IMG/VR virus record: IMGVR_UViG_3300021339_000003
Location: 1 to 44,326 of that record
Reading direction: 5' to 3' (one strand)
Length of the DNA: 44,326 nt
Source: a virus
The position numbers were made by a program, and so were the translations under genes. Positions 39,417-44,326 of this stretch are shown here, piece after piece. Positions within the stretch are counted from its first letter, which is position 1. The number at the start of each line of letters is the position of its first letter. Under the pieces are notes generated by a model. It saw only the letters and a program-made list of their open reading frames with translations, did no database searches and was not told where the DNA came from.

Positions 39417-39991
39417 AAGTGGCGCTGCTCGTACCCGGACCGTCGCTGTGCGACTTCTGGAGCGAGTCGAAGTTCGACGAGTACGAGACGGTGGTGGCCG
39501 TCAACGGAGCAGCCCACCTCTTCCGCTCTCATTGGTTCTGCGGCGTAGACAAGGGCCTCGTCAAAGCCTCGCTTGACGGCAGCAAGCGCCGCCCGCTCTG
39601 CGGCTTCGTCACCAACCGTGCGTGGTGCGCAGGAGCCGTTCACATCGGTCTGGAGGGCATCCAGCCTGATCCGTACTATGGCCGCAACATGCCCAAGGGG
39701 CTGGCGATACCACGGACGCACAGTCCGGACAGATGCGGCTACACGTTCCCGAATGCGCTCTGGTACGCGCTCAAGCTCGCCACTGGCGAACCGATCCACG
39801 TCTACGGATTCGACTTCGCTGTGATGAGAGATGACGCCGACGGAACCAAGGGCGACCACACAGCCAGCAGATTCAAGACAGAGGCGGCGTGGGTGCGGGG
39901 ATGGTGGGTTTCGTCGATTGTCGTCTACGGACGGGCGAAGCCTGAGTTGTTGCAGTATTTGCAACGACTGCGTAGCGATTGGGAGCCATGA
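39413..39991 (+). CDS. GPSL-motif Rossmann protein (CstII/GT42- or MAF/DUF115-like putative glycosyltransferase)
   Basis: GTG in a GTGA overlap. From memory, VKVALLVPGPSL...YETVVAVNGAA...TFPNALWYALKLATGEPIHVYGFDF parallels the GNGPSL...N...TSG...A.ALGY.EIYL.GIDF blocks of sialyltransferase-like and motility-accessory-factor enzymes. Confidence 0.4.
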   Translation: MKVALLVPGPSLCDFWSESKFDEYETVVAVNGAAHLFRSHWFCGVDKGLVKASLDGSKRRPLCGFVTNRAWCAGAVHIGLEGIQPDPYYGRNMPKGLAIPRTHSPDRCGYTFPNALWYALKLATGEPIHVYGFDFAVMRDDADGTKGDHTASRFKTEAAWVRGWWVSSIVVYGRAKPELLQYLQRLRSDWEP

Positions 39992-40221
39992 GCGAGGACG
40001 AGGACGAGGTGAAGCGGGTTGACGAGTTCGTTGCGAAGCTGGCCGAGTACTTCGACACCGTGCAGATATTCGTCACCCGCGTGACGGACGACGGACAGGG
40101 CTCGACGCTCTCCATCGAACGCGGAACAGGAAATTGGTGGGCTCGTCAGGGTCAGGCCCTCCACTGGGCCGAGAAGAATCGAGAGCGCAGCCGGCAGGAA
40201 GTGCGCAAGGAGAGCGATTGA
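39988..40221 (+). CDS. hypothetical acidic protein (77 aa)
   Basis: ATG 39988 in an ATGA overlap. Product MSEDEDEVKRVDEFV... Confidence 0.55.
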   Translation: MSEDEDEVKRVDEFVAKLAEYFDTVQIFVTRVTDDGQGSTLSIERGTGNWWARQGQALHWAEKNRERSRQEVRKESD

Positions 40222-41852
40222 CCACGGCCACCGAAGATCCGCCGCTCACGGCGGAACAGCAGGCCATTGTCAGGAAGCTGGGAAACCAGTGGTGGCGGCT
40301 GAACAACCTGTACTTCATCGAGGACCAAAACGGGAGGAAGGTTAAGTTCCGCTGCACCCCGATCCAGCAGCGGTTTCTGGTAGGTCTCCATTGGCGAACG
40401 CTGGTCCTCAAGGCGCGACAGGTGCGCATCTCGACAGCCTGCGCGCTTCTGATGCTCGACGAATCCCTGTTCAAATCGAACCAGACTGGCGGCATCATCG
40501 ACAAGACCGACTTGGACGCGCAGAAGAAACTGGCGCGAATGAAATTCGCGTATGACCACATGGACGACCCCGATGGCGGGGAGACGGCGCTCGTCGGGGC
40601 CTTCGTGAAGAAGCTCGTGAAGATCCGGTTTCGTAACGCCCACGAACTTCAGTTTACGAATGATTCAAAGATTTGGGCGGGTACGTCGCTGCGCGGGGGC
40701 ACTGTGCAATTCCTGTGGATAACGGAGTTCGGACCAATTGCCGCCAACGACCCGACCAAGGCGTCTGAAATCGTCGCGGGCACACTCAACACCGTTCACG
40801 CGGGAAACCGCATTATCATCGAATCAACGCATTCGGGCGGACGCACGGGCCTCAACTACGAACTCATCCGGCTGGCAGAGCAGTCGCCACCCACTCCGAA
40901 TCCGAAGCAGTGGAGGCTGATGTTTTTTGGCTGGCACGAGCACCCCGAGTACGCGCTTCCACTAACAGCTCCGCTGCGCGTCTCCGAGGGACAAGCCCGT
41001 TACTTCGCGGAGCTTGAACGCACGGCGAAAGTCCGACTGACAGACGAGCAAAAGAACTTTTACGTCACGACCGACACACCCGGCAACGACATGCAGGGCG
41101 AGTTCCCTGGCTCCATTGAGGACGCGTTGCGCGCCCGTACCGAGGGCGCGATTTACGGGGAGCAAATGCAAATGCTGCGCGCCCGTGGGCGCATCTGCAC
41201 CGTCATCCCGAACTCACAAGCGCCACTTGTGAGTTTCTGGGACTGCGGAACCAGCGACTATACGTGCATCTGGCTGGCGCAACTCGTGGGTTTGGACTGG
41301 CTGATGCTCAACTATTATTCGGCCAACGGTCGCGCGCCGGCCGAGCACGCAGCCCAGCTTCTTCATTGGGAGCGCCACTACCGCAAACCGATCGCACGGC
41401 ATTTTTTGCCGCATGACGCCGACAGGCGGGAAGCGTCGCTCAAGACGTACGCCGACCAGATGCGGGAGTGTGGCGTTCACAATCTGGCCATCGTGCCGCG
41501 CACTCCCAGCGTCTGGGCGGGGATCAACGTCCTGCGCGCCATCCTGCCCATCTGCTTTTTCGATTCCGTCGAATGCGACAAGGAATTCAGGGACGAGGAC
41601 GGGGAGCGCATCCCCTCCGGGCTCGCCTGCCTTGAAGCGTACAGGAAGAAGATGGAAGCCACGAAAACGGGGCAGATCGTGGAACTGCCGATTCACGACA
41701 AGACAAGCCACGGAGCGGACGCGCTCCGTACGGGGGCTGAAGCCTTCCAGCTCGGCATGCTGAAGAGCTACGTCAGCACGTCAGGCGGCGAGGAGTACCG
41801 CGCGCCTCTGGCGCGACAGCGCGCCATCATGGGCCGGCGTGGTGTGCGATGA
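40218..41852 (+). CDS. terL: terminase large subunit
   Basis: LVLKARQVRISTACALLMLD (ATPase core), FLWITEFGPIA, and the nuclease half FWDCGTSDYTCIWLAQ...HFLPHDADRRE. I place the start at TTG 40218 (TTGA overlap). The ATG at 40134 would overlap the upstream gene by 88 nt and encodes Gly/Ser/Arg-rich filler. Confidence 0.85.
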   Translation: MTTATEDPPLTAEQQAIVRKLGNQWWRLNNLYFIEDQNGRKVKFRCTPIQQRFLVGLHWRTLVLKARQVRISTACALLMLDESLFKSNQTGGIIDKTDLDAQKKLARMKFAYDHMDDPDGGETALVGAFVKKLVKIRFRNAHELQFTNDSKIWAGTSLRGGTVQFLWITEFGPIAANDPTKASEIVAGTLNTVHAGNRIIIESTHSGGRTGLNYELIRLAEQSPPTPNPKQWRLMFFGWHEHPEYALPLTAPLRVSEGQARYFAELERTAKVRLTDEQKNFYVTTDTPGNDMQGEFPGSIEDALRARTEGAIYGEQMQMLRARGRICTVIPNSQAPLVSFWDCGTSDYTCIWLAQLVGLDWLMLNYYSANGRAPAEHAAQLLHWERHYRKPIARHFLPHDADRREASLKTYADQMRECGVHNLAIVPRTPSVWAGINVLRAILPICFFDSVECDKEFRDEDGERIPSGLACLEAYRKKMEATKTGQIVELPIHDKTSHGADALRTGAEAFQLGMLKSYVSTSGGEEYRAPLARQRAIMGRRGVR

Positions 41853-42202
41853 GTGCTGTCGAAGACGCGGTGGGAATGTGTGCCTCGATTTCCGAGGACT
41901 TCTGGTCTCACGTTGCCATCATCGCCCGCACGGGAGGCGTCGTCCATCTGGCGAGTGATTGTGTCCTGCTCGCGTACGAGGACGGGGACACGTGGGAAAT
42001 CTTCTGCGCTTGCGGGACGAGTCCCAACCTCTTAGCTCGCTTCATCGCTTTAGCGCCCCATCCGCTTCCGTACGTTCGCTGGAGGCGTCCGAGACGCGGG
42101 CGACCAGAAGCCCAGACCTTCCCATTCGCCCGCGTTTCCCGCTTATGCTCATCGACCAATTTCTCTCACTCGAAGCGAAGCTGTGTTTCAGGCGTGAGCT
42201 AG
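41849..42202 (+). CDS. hypothetical protein (117 aa)
   Basis: ATGA overlap with the terL stop. The N-terminal ~80 aa look protein-like. The Arg/Ser-rich tail overlaps the next ORF and may not be real. Confidence 0.45.
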   Translation: MSAVEDAVGMCASISEDFWSHVAIIARTGGVVHLASDCVLLAYEDGDTWEIFCACGTSPNLLARFIALAPHPLPYVRWRRPRRGRPEAQTFPFARVSRLCSSTNFSHSKRSCVSGVS

Positions 42203-42426
42203 GAGGCGGCAAGGCCCCGGCCCCGCCTGCGGCTCCCCCGCCTCCCATCATTCCCATCACGGAGACGGGACGTGAGACGGCGCTGGCCGGCAAAGACTAC
42301 ATGCGTCAGCAGGGGAAGAAACGAGGTTTGCTCAGCACGGTACACGCGGGCCAAGAGGGCACGGGAATGGGTGGGACTGCTTACTCAAGCGCGTTCGGGA
42401 CAAAATCCCTATTAGGGTCCGCCTGA
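42145..42426 (+). CDS. hypothetical protein (93 aa) with Pro/Ala linker and C-terminal ...KSLLGSA
   Basis: ATG 42145. Its stop shares one base with the portal ATG (TGATG). It overlaps the previous ORF by 58 nt in another frame. Confidence 0.4.
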   Translation: MLIDQFLSLEAKLCFRRELGGGKAPAPPAAPPPPIIPITETGRETALAGKDYMRQQGKKRGLLSTVHAGQEGTGMGGTAYSSAFGTKSLLGSA

Positions 42427-44093
42427 TGGACGCCAAAACCATCTGCGCCCGCTTCGATCGCCTCAACGGCGACAGGATGACGCTGCTCTCGCTCTTTCAG
42501 GAAATCGCAGCTTCCAGCTCTCCCCGCAAAGCGCAGATCATGGTGACTTCGACACCCGGCAACGAGGTGTACGAGGAGTCGATGTACGACATGACCATGG
42601 GGCAGGCGTCGCTCGTCGAAGCCGCCGGCATGATGTCGAACATCACCCCCGGCACCGATCGTTGGTGCGCCTTCGACGCCCCAGAGTGGCTGAAGACGCA
42701 GCGCGGCGAACAGGTGGGGGCCTCGTGGTACGAGCAAATTTCCACCATTACGATTCAGCTTCTCGCCGCCTCCAACTTTTACACGGAGATCCACGAGAGC
42801 TATCTCAACCGAAACGATTTCGGGACGTGCTGCGTGTGGTGCGACACGGGCAAACGCACGGCCCTCAATTTCCGTTCCGTCGGCATCAAAGAATTCGTGT
42901 TCGCCGAGGATGACGAAGGCTACTGTGACACTGTGTTCCGCTGCTTCACGCTGACAGCCCGGCAGGCCGTCCAGCAGTTCGGCCGCGACAACCTTCCCGC
43001 CGAGATACAGGGGCCGGCCGACGACCCTGTGCGCTGCGACGAGAAATTCACCTTCATCCATTGCGTCTATCCCCGCACGGACGAGGAGCGCACGCCGGGA
43101 GCGCGCGACGGAAAGAACAAGCCCATTGCCTCCTGCTACGTCTCGAAGTCGGGACAGAAGACCGTGCGCGAGGGCGGCTTCGATGAAATGCCTTATGCCG
43201 TTTCCCGTTATCTGCGCCGTGATGATAGCGTGTGGGGCTACGGTCCCGCCGAGTTCAGCCTCCCCACCGTCCGACAGATCAACCTCCTTGAGCAGAACAT
43301 GGACATTCTCTCCGAGGTGGCGGCTAATCCGCGACTACTCATCCCGTCGTCCCTCGCCGGAGCCGTCGATTTGCGCGCCGGTGGCATGACCATCTGGGAC
43401 GACGGACGTCCCGACCTGAAGCCAAGCGAATGGATGACACAGGGCCGCTACGACATCGGAAAAGACCGCATCGAGGAAAAGCGCGGGTTCATCAAGAAGG
43501 CGTTTCATAACGACCTCTTCCAGATGTTCGCGGGCTTGGAACGCGAGATCACGGCGTACCAAGCGATGCAGATGGTCAATGAGAAGCTGGACAGCTTCGG
43601 CCCGACTTTCCTTCTCCTCACGACGGAGCTTCTGACGCCGCTCCTACAGCGCGTCTACGGCATTCTCCAACGGGCGGGCTACTACCCGCCCCCGCCTCCG
43701 GAAATCGTCGTGGAGACCCCCGGAGGCTTCGCCTACCCCGTTCCGGCTGTCGCCTACAACAGCAAGTTCGCGCTGGCCATGAAGGCCGCGCAGAACCGCA
43801 GCTTCGTCGAGGTACAGCAGCTCTTGCAGCCGCTCATTGGCGTCGATCAGACGGTGCTCGACAACTTCGATTTGGACAAGGCCGCGCGTGGCGTCGCCCG
43901 AAACACGGGCTATCCCGACGACTGGATTCGCAAGGACGAGGAGGTGGCGGAGATTCGCAAGGGCCGTGCCGAGCAGCAGGCGCAGGAGCAGGCTGTCGTC
44001 ATGGCTCAGGGCGCGGCCAAGGCCGCTGCCGACGTCTCGAAGGCGTCGCCGGACGTTCAGAACCGGCTGGGCCAGCTCGCGGGAATGAATTGA
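42426..44093 (+). CDS. portal (head-tail connector) protein
   Basis: 555 aa, just downstream of terL and upstream of the scaffold and capsid genes. The size matches the T7 gp8 class. Family not verified by search. Confidence 0.75.
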   Translation: MDAKTICARFDRLNGDRMTLLSLFQEIAASSSPRKAQIMVTSTPGNEVYEESMYDMTMGQASLVEAAGMMSNITPGTDRWCAFDAPEWLKTQRGEQVGASWYEQISTITIQLLAASNFYTEIHESYLNRNDFGTCCVWCDTGKRTALNFRSVGIKEFVFAEDDEGYCDTVFRCFTLTARQAVQQFGRDNLPAEIQGPADDPVRCDEKFTFIHCVYPRTDEERTPGARDGKNKPIASCYVSKSGQKTVREGGFDEMPYAVSRYLRRDDSVWGYGPAEFSLPTVRQINLLEQNMDILSEVAANPRLLIPSSLAGAVDLRAGGMTIWDDGRPDLKPSEWMTQGRYDIGKDRIEEKRGFIKKAFHNDLFQMFAGLEREITAYQAMQMVNEKLDSFGPTFLLLTTELLTPLLQRVYGILQRAGYYPPPPPEIVVETPGGFAYPVPAVAYNSKFALAMKAAQNRSFVEVQQLLQPLIGVDQTVLDNFDLDKAARGVARNTGYPDDWIRKDEEVAEIRKGRAEQQAQEQAVVMAQGAAKAAADVSKASPDVQNRLGQLAGMN

Positions 44094-44094
44094 C

Positions 44095-44112
44095 GCGTCC
44101 CGTTTGGGACGC
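44095..44112 (+). other. hairpin after the portal gene
   Basis: GCGTCCC-gttt-GGGACGC (7-bp stem), with no U-tract. Confidence 0.4.
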
Positions 44113-44124
44113 CGACAGAACACC

Positions 44125-44326
44125 ATGTCAGCAAACGCACGTCAGGAGCAGCTACAGCAACAGCTCAAGCAGGAGCACGAAGCAGGACTACAGGAGGCCA
44201 TGGACAGGCTGTCGAAGACAGCGAGCCAGTACCTCCTCGTTTACGGAGAGCCGGGAAAGCGAAGCGAAGCGCAGGAGCAGGTTTTCAAGGACCTTCGGCA
44301 AAACGGATTCTATGACCGCCCCATGT
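44125..44326 (+). CDS. 5' part of junction-spanning ORF (continues at 128..282)
   Basis: ATG 44125 in a CACC-ATG context, with no stop before the window end. The last 127 nt are identical to 1-127. Confidence 0.75.
   Translation, partial: MSANARQEQLQQQLKQEHEAGLQEAMDRLSKTASQYLLVYGEPGKRSEAQEQVFKDLRQNGFYDRPM
44200..44326. repeat. terminal direct repeat, right copy
   Basis: Identical to 1-127. The length of exactly 127 nt is typical of a k-mer overlap left by de Bruijn assemblers on circular contigs. Confidence 0.95.

Noticed and set aside
40134-40217. ATG 40134 as the terminase large-subunit start, as listed in the ORF track.
   Set aside because: It would overlap the upstream gene by 88 nt and add a Gly/Ser/Pro/Arg-rich segment. 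TTG 40218 gives the genome-typical 4-nt overlap just before the conserved region. This remains uncertain.
1-44326. A search for CRISPR arrays, integrase or att sites, a reverse transcriptase or diversity-generating retroelement near the fibre genes, toxin-antitoxin pairs, and group I introns or inteins in terL, portal or the capsid gene.
   Set aside because: I saw no repeat-spacer periodicity, no tyrosine or serine recombinase motifs, no RT motifs (YxDD), and no template/variable repeat pair. The sizes of terL, portal and the capsid protein are normal, with no interrupting domains.

Overview
The window is a self-closing phage genome. Bases 1-127 recur exactly at 44200-44326, so the unique sequence is 44,199 bp, and one small gene (44125 -> 282) crosses the junction. 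Gene order identifies a G+C-rich podovirus with a T7-type virion: large terminase, portal, scaffold, major capsid protein, gp11-like adaptor, gp12-like nozzle, three internal (ejection) proteins including a 1605-aa giant, a tail-fibre module, a cluster of small membrane proteins (probable lysis cassette) and a small terminase. These all lie on the + strand (31887 -> junction -> 22944, about 35 kb). A tightly packed 8.2-kb leftward operon of 22 small early genes (31181 -> 22970) converges on that unit. A ~700-bp repeat- and hairpin-rich control region (31182-31886) separates the two divergent units. I recognise no DNA or RNA polymerase, primase/helicase, integrase, tRNA or CRISPR array. Main findings: (1) A glycan-tailoring toolkit sits inside the late operon at 16869-22944, with extra members at 24128-24829 and 39413-39991. 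It comprises seven predicted glycosyltransferase-like genes, two SAM methyltransferases and a truncated UDP-glucose-dehydrogenase-like protein that appears catalytically dead. (2) The T7-type nozzle gene is split into modules. Its ~60-aa N-terminal module exists as a free 65-aa ORF and again fused to a 749-aa lectin-like protein, while the nozzle body lacks it and follows in the same frame after TAA-CCC. (3) There are four HNH-type homing-endonuclease-like genes, one antisense inside the virion operon and one that seems to have carried in a foreign gene fragment. (4) An early protein ends in the SSB-type acidic tip DEDVPF. (5) Translation signals are unusual: almost no Shine-Dalgarno sequences, a recurrent CC/CACC context before ATG, and about 37 start/stop overlaps. 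(6) No endolysin is recognisable. All functional calls come from reading motifs by eye and recalling families from memory; no database search or folding program was run.
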